A stretch of DNA of 64,000 nucleotides from Candidatus Nomurabacteria bacterium (GTDB lineage: Bacteria; Patescibacteriota; Minisyncoccia; Phycocordibacterales; UBA918), in contig JACKGC010000001.1 in NCBI GenBank assembly GCA_020632135.1, positions 52,241 to 116,240 on the forward strand, written 5' to 3'. Positions 9,524-19,921 of the stretch are shown here, piece by piece. A model generated the notes under the pieces. The model did no database searches and had not been told where the DNA came from. It saw nothing but the letters and a program-made list of their open reading frames with translations. Every line of letters starts with the position of its first letter. Position 1 is the stretch's first letter. A program made the position numbers and the translations under genes.

Positions 9524-11281
9524 TTAGATAGTACCAACTGAGAGTGAAACATTGTCGAAGAGGAATCCTCCACCAGATGTTCCAGGAGCTGCTGCCCCAC
9601 GTGCTGGGAAGATGAGCGAATCAACCGGGAACAATACATTGCCGTTACCAGTCTGCTCAGCATCATAGCGGTAGTAATCTTCCCAAGTGGTACCAGTGTG
9701 TACCAGTACATTGTCAATGTAGATTTCTACAATGTCATTCGTAGGACCATCAACAAACTCAATCGCGAACTTAATTGTGTGTGAGGTACTTCGGTCAAGT
9801 AGCCCCAAATCTGTCGGGTTGAATGTCGACACCGTAGGAAGTGGACCAGGGTTCGTAACGTCGTAGAATGTCACGCGAACACCACCAGCTTCGTCAGCGA
9901 AGCCGAGGTAGCTCATTCGTGAACCAAGTCCGTCATCAGGCGAAACTGAGAGAGCTAAACCTGGCTGTTCCGCAAGGTCAGTAGTAGAAATCTCAAATTC
10001 AGCCTCGTAGTAATTGTTTGATGCTACACCTGTTTCTCCAGCAGAATCTGCTAGCTCAGGAGCAATTGTCTGGTCACCAAATGAACCACTAGTAACTGCA
10101 TTTGAGATACGTAGTGACTGGAGGTCAGAAATAACCGGATTGTCAACTACCGCTGAATCAAAACCACCCGTCTTGCTCCACCCGTCTTGAGCATCAATGT
10201 CTCCGAGCACATAAGCAAGTGGCTCAAAGCCGACTCCGTAGCTCTCAACGATATCAGGACCAACTACTGGGCGAGTATCCAATACTGGACACTGGAAGCT
10301 TCCGTTGTTTCGATGCTGGGTTGCGGTGAAGATCATGTCTGCTGTCAGTGAGTCTGTCTGCACTTCGTTACCCACATCAGTTGGTATATCCCAGGCCAGA
10401 CCCCAGTAGTAAGTAGCGCTTCCAACAAGACGACCGTCTTCGGCAAGGCCGTGACAATTACCGTACTCGGTATTACCAGTAGCTACAGAACAACCAAAGA
10501 AGCTGTATGCGGCAGCCAAAACGTCACTTTGATTGAATGGACCAGCTGCTACAGCATCCAGGGTTTCATCTTCCCAGAAAAGACCTCCTTCCGTACTTGG
10601 CTGATAAATGTTGTCACCTTCTTGAGGATCTTCATCACAAGGACCTACAGCTGGTGACGCACCTTCATGGTTACACTGGAAACCAGGAATGGTTCCGTGA
10701 TCGAGCCACGCGTCGAAAGTAATTGAGGAACCAAGTTCTCCAAGACCGTTGGCACCAAGTTCAGTGTCAGGGTCTACCACTGAACACTCAGCGTCAGATG
10801 ACTCGGTCTCTGGTTCGGTACAGTCATTATCGTCGTCGGCTACGTTTGCGACGTAGAAACAACCCCAGGCATCGTTGTCAATGACGTGCAGTGAGATGGT
10901 GTTCTCACCAATATCGCCTGGCTTGATGTCATCAAGCGAAAAGAATCGGTTTTCTACACCAAGGTCAGTCTCTTCCCAAGTACCAACACAAGGCATGCCT
11001 GGTTGCGGGTAATTGTCTGCAGGCACGTCATTGTTGGTCGGAAATGTTGTTCCGTCTGCTTGCCACACAAAGACGTCGTCATCGACTTCAGTACAAACAA
11101 GGCCGTTGTAGTGCGCGACACTATCGACCTTAAGGTCGAGAGCGCCAGCTCTGAAAATGTTGCCAGTTGACGTCTCGGTGTCATTGAAGAAAGCGCCGGT
11201 TGCTCCTGCGATAAGCGCGCCGAGAAACACGATCATGCCGAGACTGGTGACGATCCTTGTTACATTAAGTGAACCATTCAT
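9524..11281 (-). CDS. TasA/camelysin-like secreted protein with SipW-cognate-type signal (585 aa)
   Basis: N-terminus ...GATGAFFNDTETSTGNIFRAGALDLKV. The C-terminal half looks like a concanavalin/LamG-like domain. Confidence 0.75.
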   Translation of the reverse strand: MNGSLNVTRIVTSLGMIVFLGALIAGATGAFFNDTETSTGNIFRAGALDLKVDSVAHYNGLVCTEVDDDVFVWQADGTTFPTNNDVPADNYPQPGMPCVGTWEETDLGVENRFFSLDDIKPGDIGENTISLHVIDNDAWGCFYVANVADDDNDCTEPETESSDAECSVVDPDTELGANGLGELGSSITFDAWLDHGTIPGFQCNHEGASPAVGPCDEDPQEGDNIYQPSTEGGLFWEDETLDAVAAGPFNQSDVLAAAYSFFGCSVATGNTEYGNCHGLAEDGRLVGSATYYWGLAWDIPTDVGNEVQTDSLTADMIFTATQHRNNGSFQCPVLDTRPVVGPDIVESYGVGFEPLAYVLGDIDAQDGWSKTGGFDSAVVDNPVISDLQSLRISNAVTSGSFGDQTIAPELADSAGETGVASNNYYEAEFEISTTDLAEQPGLALSVSPDDGLGSRMSYLGFADEAGGVRVTFYDVTNPGPLPTVSTFNPTDLGLLDRSTSHTIKFAIEFVDGPTNDIVEIYIDNVLVHTGTTWEDYYRYDAEQTGNGNVLFPVDSLIFPARGAAAPGTSGGGFLFDNVSLSVGTI

Positions 11282-11741
11282 AAGTTTTACTATTTAATTA
11301 GTTATAAATTAGGTACGTTGGTAAAATTTCGGTTCCGCCATACGCAAAACACACCGACCAGCAAAATAATCAGCGTGTGTACAAGTAGACTCCCCCCACT
11401 TTCATTATGTACCACGCCCATCCCTCGTGGTCTGTCACCTATAAGGGTAGAGCCGGTGTGTGGTGGTGTCAATTTTTGCTGAAACAGGCAGCTTCTAAGA
11501 ATTTCACCGGATCTAAGACTAGAAAACCCTTATTTATAAGGAGTTGTGTATCCACACTGTTGAAAAAGCTGTTGATAAACAGTGCCTAACGAGTGCAATA
11601 GCATGTTACAAATGGTGACTAACTTGTGGAGTCAGCGCATTGCCACACACCTTTGTCCGTTTAGCAACACAAAGCCGAGGACTCCTGAACCAAAAAAGGT
11701 TCCCTCATCAATCTTTTTGTGATAAAACGTGGTCACAAAAT

Positions 11742-12440
11742 ATGTTGTGTATTATAACTGGAATCATTACCTGCCTGGTTTGCTATCTGATAGTGAAGAC
11801 CCAACTACAGCAAAAGGACCCTAATTCCCTCCCCCAGGAGTCGCGGTTTGATATTTCCGATCACCGACGCCTCACCGATCGATACCTGGAGGCGATTCGT
11901 AACAATCGCACATTGCTGCTCGGAACCGAAGACTATGAGCCGGTTTTTGTGCTAATGAACAATTGGTATATCAGACTCTCGGAGATCTATCGACACGATG
12001 AAGATACACTAAAAGGGGTAATTACTGATTGGTTACACTATCTAGACAACACCAACCGAGCAATGGCGGCTCATTGTGCTTGGTTAGAAAATTACGATCG
12101 AGATGAGGAGTATGATAGGAAGCACTCTGCTGAGCAAGAAAAGCTGCACATAGAGTGTGAAGAAATTGAAAATCGTTTTGCCGGTCTGTTGGGGAGAGAA
12201 ACTGAGCTTGAAGGTGGCAGACTACGAGCTGCTATTCAAAATGAGTATTTTGCAGAGTGTGATATTTTTGACGTCTTACTAACAGAGCTCTATGGCACGC
12301 CCAATGAAACGGATATAAAGAGGATGCAGAAGCTGCAAGCAGTGCTAGAAAAAATGCGTAAAAACGGTGAAAAGATCATTTTCAACAAGCGAAATAAGAA
12401 ACTAGCCGGCGTGCTCAAAACCAAGCTGCGGCTTACATGA
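11742..12440 (+). CDS. hypothetical membrane-anchored protein
   Basis: ATG at 11742 followed by the hydrophobic segment MLCIITGIITCLVCYLIV. The 11640 start in the track is a TTG in an untranslated-looking leader. Confidence 0.5.
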   Translation: MLCIITGIITCLVCYLIVKTQLQQKDPNSLPQESRFDISDHRRLTDRYLEAIRNNRTLLLGTEDYEPVFVLMNNWYIRLSEIYRHDEDTLKGVITDWLHYLDNTNRAMAAHCAWLENYDRDEEYDRKHSAEQEKLHIECEEIENRFAGLLGRETELEGGRLRAAIQNEYFAECDIFDVLLTELYGTPNETDIKRMQKLQAVLEKMRKNGEKIIFNKRNKKLAGVLKTKLRLT

Positions 12441-12445
12441 AGTGT

Positions 12446-13129
12446 TTAATCTATGAGGACCGGCGTGCCGGTAGCACTTAGAGCTGGAATGTCTTCTACC
12501 AGCTCCGCGTAGACGATCAAATTGTGTGAATATTCCTGCCGACCGTGATTAAACGTACCGGAACAAGTGATCAATCTCAGTCCGGCGTGATCAATATCGC
12601 CATACACCTCCGCGGTTGGAAAGCCACTTCGGGAATGCTGTTCAAGCCGCGTGACTACAAATACGCCCACCGTGCCATCAGCTCGCTCAATTTCTATCGT
12701 GTCACCCGCTCTGACCTTCTGTAGCGGCCAAAATACGGCCGGGCCTTGATATGAATCAACATGCCCCAAAACAACAGCCGGGCCAAGCTCACCAGGCTTC
12801 GGACCATACCGGTACCAACCCACCTCTTCATACCCGTCAGGCACTTCCACGGTCTGGTCTTCGTTAAGGCCAAGCGGACCAGCAAAAGCGGTGTCTATAC
12901 CAACACTTGGCACCCGCAGCCAAACCGGGTCGGCCACCTCTTTCACTTCACTAACTGTATCAATTGCAGGCGGTTCAAACGTACTCTCTGTTGCCAGCGG
13001 TCGGTCAAAGCTCACGATTGCCAGGTGCGTAATGGCAGCACCTACGACTGCTCCCAAAATGGCAAAAGCCACCACCTTGAGGTGGTGGCTTTTAGTCCAG
13101 AAATTCGTGATCTTATTTCCTTGAGACAT
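12446..13129 (-). CDS. sortase family transpeptidase (class E/F-like)
   Basis: N-terminal TM, GHVD motif, catalytic LRLITCSG (TLxTC-type) and a conserved downstream region. Overlaps the 3' end of its putative substrate gene by 17 nt. Confidence 0.85.
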   Translation of the reverse strand: MSQGNKITNFWTKSHHLKVVAFAILGAVVGAAITHLAIVSFDRPLATESTFEPPAIDTVSEVKEVADPVWLRVPSVGIDTAFAGPLGLNEDQTVEVPDGYEEVGWYRYGPKPGELGPAVVLGHVDSYQGPAVFWPLQKVRAGDTIEIERADGTVGVFVVTRLEQHSRSGFPTAEVYGDIDHAGLRLITCSGTFNHGRQEYSHNLIVYAELVEDIPALSATGTPVLID

Positions 13130-15557
13130 TTCTTGAACGAGACATCAAAGCAGCGACAAAAGGCATGGGAGATGGGATTGAGAGCGGTGCTGCACCGCCG
13201 GCTCCAGTATGAGGAGCGCCAATCGGCACCACGCTCACTTGCTCACCCAAAACCTGCGGCCGTGGCCCTGATCCGCCAGATCCAAAACTTGGTCCTTCAG
13301 AGACCTGACAGGTCTCCTCACGGCTGTATCGCTTGACCGTGAGCTCAAAGTCGGTGTCAGCAAGCACTGCATACAGGAAGCCACCTTCATCGACCTCGTC
13401 TTCATCAGTGGTACGGAAGATCTCTTCTCCATTAGCGGTGATCCACAATTCGCGACCATAGCTGGTCTCCCAGACCAGTTTAGCTGCAGAACCGCTTCCT
13501 TCGATCGAGAATTCACAGCGTGGCGGCCTTGCACCACCACCACCGCAGCCAGCGCAGCCGCCATTTCCATCATCGTCGTCATCTCCACCGCCGGTAAAGA
13601 CATTGCCAAAGTCGTACGAACCATAGGTAGTTGGTGTCTGAGCCAGGGCGACTGCCGGCAAGAACATGTCTAGCAAGCTGGCCAAGAATGAATTGACCGG
13701 AGCCAGAGCGGTTTCAGTTTCACTATCATTTGTCTCATCAATAACTTCAACCACGTGCACTCCAGCATCATTTGGGAATGTCTGTTGCCAGTCTTGCACT
13801 ACGGTTTCGCTGATGGTCCAGATTCCAGCTGGCACATAAAATTCGTAGTAGCCCATTTCGTCAGTCGTGGTTGCGTAAGTCTTTTCACCGTTGGTGATGG
13901 TCACCGTCCAACCGTCAAGGTCGTCTTCAACCGGCGTTTCTTCATCCTCTTCTGACTCTCGACCGTCCCAGATATCATTTTCGTTACTATCATGCCAGAC
14001 ATAACCAAAGACTTTGTAGGTCGGCTCCGGGTCGTCCCCTCCACCGCCGTTATCGTCCGGTTTTTCACAAAGCTCTTGCGTTGCGTCAATGGCGTCGAGA
14101 TCAAAACCGTCAGCGGTTGGTACATGGAGACTACCGTCGGTCGTGTCGGTAACCCGCACGTACTTGATCCAAGCTAAGCCGGTTTCTGAAAAATCGAGCA
14201 ACGTTACTCCCTCGCCACCTTCAGTTTTCTTGTTTGTCGCCTCTTCAGTGAGGGTGGACCAATCAACATTATTTTGACTGACTTCTACCTGCACTTTTTC
14301 TACCGGATATGTATCCCGACCATTAGTGACTTCGTGAATAGAGATATCGTCACCATCAAGGTCTGGCACAAACTTATCGAACTTCATTATCACCCAGCCA
14401 CCAAAACCGAGGCTGAAGAAATCATTGTCTGGCGCACCCGCGATGCTGCTGGTGTCTGAACGACTTACCAACACAGCGTCGCCGTTCTTTTGAGTTCCTT
14501 GATTTGAGTCAATTGGTTCATCTACCCAACCTCCCTGAAGCTCATCGACACACTGACCACCTCCACCGCCGTAGTCACATGAGCCATCATCAGTCGTGGC
14601 TAGTGGATTGTAGTTATTGGCCTGTGGGTCAGTACATCCCGGAGTTTCCTCATCATAGGCACAAGAGCCGTCGTCAGTTGTCGCCGATGAATTATAATTA
14701 TTCGCCTCGGGGTCTGTACAACCTGGGATCGGATCTGGGTCGGCTGTGAATGTATTGGTAATTTCACACTGCACGTTTTCTTGGTTAGCAACCACTCCTT
14801 CACACCGACCGTCTCCATTAGAGTAGGTTGTGGTGAATTCACCTTGCTCGACCTCTTCAATTACATATTCACCAGCTGGCACATCAACGTCTATGGTGCC
14901 ATCGTCTCCAAACACAATTGGTTCGCCACCATTTACCGTGACACTAAAATCTGAAAAGGTTAGTTCTGTTTCTCCCTCGATCACCTTGGTAATTTGTATC
15001 GTACCGGGCTTGTATTGGTTCTCCGCGCTACAGTTCCAAGGATTATCTGGGTTGTTCTTCTCAACCATGGAGGACGTGACTATAAATTTACCAGGGATAC
15101 TAGCCGGTGCATTCTCATCCCCTTCAGACAAAGTGCTTTCACAGTATGGGCCGCCCCACAGCACCGTCCACATGTCTGGTTCAAACTGCTCGGGACCGAG
15201 TTCAAGGATCTCATATTCACCTTCCGGTAGCTCAAACACCTCTTCATGGTCGAAGACGCCGATCACTCCCTCCACATTTGAAACCTGGAAACTAAAATCC
15301 TCTTCTTCAAGCTCACCCAGAAAATCCGCTGGGTCAATCACTTTTCTGATTGAGACTGATGCTGTTGTGTTAGGTTGTTCTATATTTGTGTCGTCAGAAT
15401 TTTGCACCGCTTCAGCCACAAGAAAAGACGAAAGGAAAGTACCTATAACTAACGACATGATAGTTAGTACCGCAAATATGCGGACGCTACGTGTTCCAAA
15501 AAATATTGAATTCATAAATATACAACTAACGCTTTTAAGGAAGTCGGACATCCCCAT
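13113..15557 (-). CDS. 814-aa cell-surface protein with C-terminal sorting signal (APHTG + hydrophobic + basic tail)
   Basis: Signal anchor, SpaA-like and SdrD/Cna-B-like segments, two Cys-bracketed 22-aa repeats. C-terminus GAPHTGAGGAAPLSIPSPMPFVAALMSRSRNVSRK. Confidence 0.8.
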   Translation of the reverse strand: MGMSDFLKSVSCIFMNSIFFGTRSVRIFAVLTIMSLVIGTFLSSFLVAEAVQNSDDTNIEQPNTTASVSIRKVIDPADFLGELEEEDFSFQVSNVEGVIGVFDHEEVFELPEGEYEILELGPEQFEPDMWTVLWGGPYCESTLSEGDENAPASIPGKFIVTSSMVEKNNPDNPWNCSAENQYKPGTIQITKVIEGETELTFSDFSVTVNGGEPIVFGDDGTIDVDVPAGEYVIEEVEQGEFTTTYSNGDGRCEGVVANQENVQCEITNTFTADPDPIPGCTDPEANNYNSSATTDDGSCAYDEETPGCTDPQANNYNPLATTDDGSCDYGGGGGQCVDELQGGWVDEPIDSNQGTQKNGDAVLVSRSDTSSIAGAPDNDFFSLGFGGWVIMKFDKFVPDLDGDDISIHEVTNGRDTYPVEKVQVEVSQNNVDWSTLTEEATNKKTEGGEGVTLLDFSETGLAWIKYVRVTDTTDGSLHVPTADGFDLDAIDATQELCEKPDDNGGGGDDPEPTYKVFGYVWHDSNENDIWDGRESEEDEETPVEDDLDGWTVTITNGEKTYATTTDEMGYYEFYVPAGIWTISETVVQDWQQTFPNDAGVHVVEVIDETNDSETETALAPVNSFLASLLDMFLPAVALAQTPTTYGSYDFGNVFTGGGDDDDDGNGGCAGCGGGGARPPRCEFSIEGSGSAAKLVWETSYGRELWITANGEEIFRTTDEDEVDEGGFLYAVLADTDFELTVKRYSREETCQVSEGPSFGSGGSGPRPQVLGEQVSVVPIGAPHTGAGGAAPLSIPSPMPFVAALMSRSRNVSRK

Positions 15558-15635
15558 ATCCTTCTATAATTGCACTATACACCCGAAAAAATGACTTTTT
15601 ATATAACACAATACTTTTTTTATTGCGCAATATTT

Positions 15636-18600
15636 TTATCGAAACCACCCAAAGACACTCTCTTTGACCTTGTCAAACAAGCCGCTAGGAGTTGGTTCTG
15701 GTTCCGGTGCCGGCTCAGGAACTGGTGTCGGTGCTGGAGTAGAAACTATCTGTGGCTTTGGGGGTGGCGTAACACTGGTAGCTACTACAGACTGGGACAC
15801 TGGTTGGGGAGCCGGAGATTGCGCTGGAACGGTTATGCTACTAACCGCAGTAGCTTGTTGGTCTGGAGTCGAGATCGACGCTCCGGCTACCTGCGGAATC
15901 TGGTTGGCAAGCGTTAACCGACCAAGATACGAAGGGGTACGGAATGTGTACGGGCCCCCAAAAGACTGATACGTACCGTCACTGGCTGACACATGATAGC
16001 TATACGTAGTACCAGGCTGTAGATTGATCAAGACCATCGCGTGATTTATCTTCTTGCCTGGTAAAAGCGCACTGACATACTGATAGCCGAAATTCGGTCG
16101 ACTAATTCGAAATGGCGAAGAGGCGGTTGGGCTGTAGTGCAACCGGGCTTCGCTCGGCTGTGAGGTCTGCCACGTCACGAGTGCTCCAAGACCACCACCG
16201 GGCTGTGGGAAATATGCCACCACGGACACGTTTCCAACTGCGAGGCCCATACCTTTGATCTCAATTTTGTGCACGGCCGGTGCCACCGACAAAGCAGTAG
16301 CGTCCGCCGGTCGGGCACTAGAAGGAGTATTATAAGCAATGAGAGAGGCCGTGTTGGTATACGTTCCGCTCGGGGTCATTTCGTTATACGCGGTTGTGTA
16401 CTCGAGCACGATCTCTTCACCCGGCAAAATAGTGCCCAGCTCCCAGTTGTCGGTATTAAGTATTTCCCCGATCGGGTTTTTGAGGACATCCTTGACTACC
16501 GCATCGTACGCGTAGCCGCCATCATTCGTCACGGTAATGACGTACTCGACAGGAACTCCAGCCTCAATAGTGCCGGCTGCATTTGGAGTCTGCTTGGTGA
16601 TCGACAATTTTGGCGGGGAGTTAGGATCTACCTGAGCTTGTTTTCGCTCGATTTCTGCCTTAGGAGCATCATCGTCATCATCATTTCGAGAGCTGCCACC
16701 GCCACCGGAACTTGCCTTCTTGTAGGTACAAGAGCCATTGTCAATGTTGGCGCTGGCATTGTAGTTTTGAGCGCCACTATCGGTACAACCATATACTGGT
16801 ACCGGGTCGGAATCATCTTCGTCAAATTGGCAACTGCCATCATCTATCGTGGCGCTGGCATCGTAGTTGACAGCAGTACTGTCTGTGCAGCCGCTTATAT
16901 CAGTATCGCCACCATCAGTAGTTTCATAGAATGCAGTCAACCGTGACACTACCTGGTTATCGTCCGGATTAGCATCCCCTTCATCACTTCCCACTGACGC
17001 CACTGCGACAATTTCTTTGGTGGCGGTAGTAGCTGAATCATCCACCAGCGCTGTCATTTCAATCGTCCTACTTTCATTTGGTTGCAGGTTCCCGAGTTCG
17101 TACACCTGTACAGCATGTCCTTCGCTGGTGGCACCACTGAGCGCCTGAGTTACTACCACATTCGTTGCCACCTTGCTGGTAGTGTTGGCAACGGTGTACT
17201 CGAACGTAAGCAGGCTTCCCGGCCCGATCGGTTCAGTATTACTCTCAACCGATCCCGTAAGCGTTAAGTCAGTTCGAGAAAAGGTTACGTTACCATCAAA
17301 ATCACCGAGAATATTAACGATAGCCATCGTCCAGTTGGCGCCAATGACATTGGTATTCGCAATGTTCATAACGTTTGCGCTGGCGAAGGTGTCTCCAGTC
17401 GTGATCGTACCGATCAGCCCACCATGAACTTTGTTACCGCCACTGATCGCATCGATGTAGATATCGTTATCGATGGTGACGTTATTGTAGTTAGTAACGT
17501 TGGCAACATAGGAATCCCGGTCATACCCTAAAAACTCAGACGGTGTCACTTCAGTATCGGCATTGTAAATGATAATACCTTCAGGTCCCCATTCCCAAGC
17601 CAGTCCGTCCGGCAGACCCACTACATCACCACTCCAATATCCGTGGATACGAATCCATAAGTACATCAAGTCGCCACCAAACACATTCTCATTGACTTTG
17701 TTGAGTACGTTTGATTCCGATTCACTGCGACCGGTGGTAATACTTGAATCTATTGCGGTAGCATCATTAAGTCCCGACTCTGCGTACGTATCGAGATTGT
17801 TATTGATTTGCGCCTCATTTTGATTATCGACATTGAGCTCACCATCCTCACCCTCCCCTGCCTGCAGCTGGTTTAACCCATTAGGCATGCCGAAGAACGC
17901 GTCGAACAATTCTTCAGTCGGTAAGATAATGTCTCCGTCCAGATCACCAACCGCATTGAACGTAAGTAGACGGTAGTTCGAGTCAATGATATTTGTATTG
18001 ACGACGTTGACTACGTTTGCCGCTCCATACGCATTGCCGGTAGTGATATCCGATCGATTGGCATACATATCGTTGTCACCGGTATTTGCCTCAAGATACG
18101 CTTGGTTGGTGATTGTCGCGTGATTGGTTTGCGCAAAATTGTATTCGATGTCTTCAGCTAGACATGAGTTTAGATCACAGTTCGAAGCCCCTGCTAGAAG
18201 GCTGTCTTTATCGGGGAAGAAAAAGTCCTGCAGATCGAGAGACATATCTTCTTCCAAGATCATATTTGCCAGATAGAGGTAGCCGTCTGAATTAACAATG
18301 TTGGTGTTAACAACATTGGCAATATTAAAGGTTGCAATAGCATCACCAGTGACAATACTTGCTTCATTGCGAGCATTGGCATAGTTTCGGCCGGTGTAGG
18401 CGTCGGCCGCCACTTCGTTTGTCACCACCGCGTCATTGGGGCTGGATTGGTATAAACGATAGTTATCTAGATCACGATACGACTGCTCGTCGGCAATACT
18501 ACGGATATTATTAGAATTGGCTTTGGTTGTCACTTCACCCTTGGCCGTGGCAACTCCGGTCTTGATTGAGACTACCGCACCGCTCTCGCGTTCTCGACCT

Positions 18601-19370
18601 TGGTCTTCTTCGTTTTCCTCACCGCCAGCTTCCGGTGATGAGTCGCCGATAAGCTCGTCTATCACAAAAGGAATCTCTTCACTAACGTGTTCATGAGTGG
18701 TAGTGGCCGTTTCGTCCGTACCATCGGCTCCGGCATCTCCGGTGACCCCATCAGCGCCACCCGTTTCTTCATCTGTGCCACCGGTACCACCATCGGTTGC
18801 AGGAGGTGTATCAGCTGATGGGTCACCAGTCGCTCCATCAGCACCATCATCAGTACTACCGCCATCTTCTGTAGGATACGTGCAAGAGCCATCATCTACG
18901 GTAGCTTCGGGGTTGTGATTCTCTGCTGTTTCATCGGTACAACCAGACACCTCTTCGTCGGTACCCCCCTCTTCAGTACCAGCAGTGGCTGCTTCGTCCG
19001 TACCATCGGCTCCGGTCTCTCCCGCAACCCCATCAGCGCCACCTGTTTCTTCATCTGTGCCACCGGTACCACCATCGGTTGCAGGAGGTGTATCAGCTGA
19101 TGAATCACCGGTTGCACCATCAGCACCATCAGTGCCGCCACCATCTTCTGTGGGATACGTACAAGAACCATCGTCTATAGTGGCGCTGGCATCAAAATTA
19201 TCAGCCAATTCATCCATACAGCCGGACACTTCAACCGGATCTGAGCTTGGCGCTTCAGCTTCTTGGGCAAGGATTTGGTTGGGTACACCGCCAAAAAGCA
19301 ATGCGACAATAACGATCATCGAAAAGAGTTTTTGCGCTTGTTTTATTTGTTTAGAAAAGTTTTTGAACAT
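15636..19370 (-). CDS. 1244-aa secreted adhesin-like repeat protein (DUF11/CARDB-like and FN3-like segments)
   Basis: Signal peptide. A 93-aa tandem duplication, five ~70-aa TG..A..N..NTN repeats, four Cys-bracketed repeats, and a Pro-rich C-terminus. Confidence 0.8.
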   Translation of the reverse strand: MFKNFSKQIKQAQKLFSMIVIVALLFGGVPNQILAQEAEAPSSDPVEVSGCMDELADNFDASATIDDGSCTYPTEDGGGTDGADGATGDSSADTPPATDGGTGGTDEETGGADGVAGETGADGTDEAATAGTEEGGTDEEVSGCTDETAENHNPEATVDDGSCTYPTEDGGSTDDGADGATGDPSADTPPATDGGTGGTDEETGGADGVTGDAGADGTDETATTTHEHVSEEIPFVIDELIGDSSPEAGGEENEEDQGRERESGAVVSIKTGVATAKGEVTTKANSNNIRSIADEQSYRDLDNYRLYQSSPNDAVVTNEVAADAYTGRNYANARNEASIVTGDAIATFNIANVVNTNIVNSDGYLYLANMILEEDMSLDLQDFFFPDKDSLLAGASNCDLNSCLAEDIEYNFAQTNHATITNQAYLEANTGDNDMYANRSDITTGNAYGAANVVNVVNTNIIDSNYRLLTFNAVGDLDGDIILPTEELFDAFFGMPNGLNQLQAGEGEDGELNVDNQNEAQINNNLDTYAESGLNDATAIDSSITTGRSESESNVLNKVNENVFGGDLMYLWIRIHGYWSGDVVGLPDGLAWEWGPEGIIIYNADTEVTPSEFLGYDRDSYVANVTNYNNVTIDNDIYIDAISGGNKVHGGLIGTITTGDTFASANVMNIANTNVIGANWTMAIVNILGDFDGNVTFSRTDLTLTGSVESNTEPIGPGSLLTFEYTVANTTSKVATNVVVTQALSGATSEGHAVQVYELGNLQPNESRTIEMTALVDDSATTATKEIVAVASVGSDEGDANPDDNQVVSRLTAFYETTDGGDTDISGCTDSTAVNYDASATIDDGSCQFDEDDSDPVPVYGCTDSGAQNYNASANIDNGSCTYKKASSGGGGSSRNDDDDDAPKAEIERKQAQVDPNSPPKLSITKQTPNAAGTIEAGVPVEYVITVTNDGGYAYDAVVKDVLKNPIGEILNTDNWELGTILPGEEIVLEYTTAYNEMTPSGTYTNTASLIAYNTPSSARPADATALSVAPAVHKIEIKGMGLAVGNVSVVAYFPQPGGGLGALVTWQTSQPSEARLHYSPTASSPFRISRPNFGYQYVSALLPGKKINHAMVLINLQPGTTYSYHVSASDGTYQSFGGPYTFRTPSYLGRLTLANQIPQVAGASISTPDQQATAVSSITVPAQSPAPQPVSQSVVATSVTPPPKPQIVSTPAPTPVPEPAPEPEPTPSGLFDKVKESVFGWFR
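18693..19226 (-). repeat. ~280-nt tandem duplication inside the 1244-aa gene
   Basis: aa 49-141 and 142-226 are near-identical (SGC.DE.A.N...A..DDGSCTYPTEDGG...TPPATDGGTGGTDEETGGADGV). Confidence 0.8.
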
Positions 19371-19833
19371 ACGCTGTTAGAGTTTCTTGTAGCAAATGTA
19401 GTAGAGAGAGCAACTGAAGTGCCTGTGATCCTGACGAAGCGTTACTGGTCGGCTTTTGTGCCACTTCGTAGTGGCTTGTTGTTGCCGACACCGTGTTAGC
19501 CGACTGAACAGCAGCGACACCGGACGTCGCGGTTACTATCACTGTGTGACTTTCACTTCCATGTATGTGATTGGTGATCAACACGGCAGCAGAAGATGCT
19601 CCTGACTGACCGGAAGCGCCGTCAGTACCATCCGCACCGTTTCGTCCATCTGAACCATCCTGTCCGTTCTTTCCCGCAGTACCAGATTGACTAATGCCGC
19701 CCGTCTCGGTCGATGCAGACACCGAATTGGTGATCACGGCCGAATCTTCGGCTGAGACTATAACTGGTGCCACTGTACTCCAAAAGAGCATAATTGCAAC
19801 CAGTAGTGGGATTTTGAATTGATCGTTTGACAT
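19351..19833 (-). CDS. small secreted Gly-rich (collagen-like GxxGxx) protein, 160 aa
   Basis: Signal peptide. Segment GKNGQDGSDGRNGADGTDGASGQSG. GAGAGGG SD upstream. Overlaps the next gene start by 20 nt. Confidence 0.6.
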   Translation of the reverse strand: MSNDQFKIPLLVAIMLFWSTVAPVIVSAEDSAVITNSVSASTETGGISQSGTAGKNGQDGSDGRNGADGTDGASGQSGASSAAVLITNHIHGSESHTVIVTATSGVAAVQSANTVSATTSHYEVAQKPTSNASSGSQALQLLSLLHLLQETLTAYVQKLF

Positions 19834-19921
19834 ATTTTCCCTCTCTAAAGCCAGAAGTGAACACTTCCAACTTTAGGAGAAGGGCCCTTCGATATACGAA
19901 GAGCACTTACTCCTTAGTTCA

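Noticed and set aside
11533-11545. Single DnaA-box-like GTATCCACA upstream of 11742-12440
   Set aside because: An isolated 8/9 match is expected by chance about a dozen times in the window.
18697-19380. Plus-strand ORFs of 73 and 131 aa with repeated PSAP.. peptides
   Set aside because: They are the antisense image of the tandem duplication inside the 1244-aa gene.
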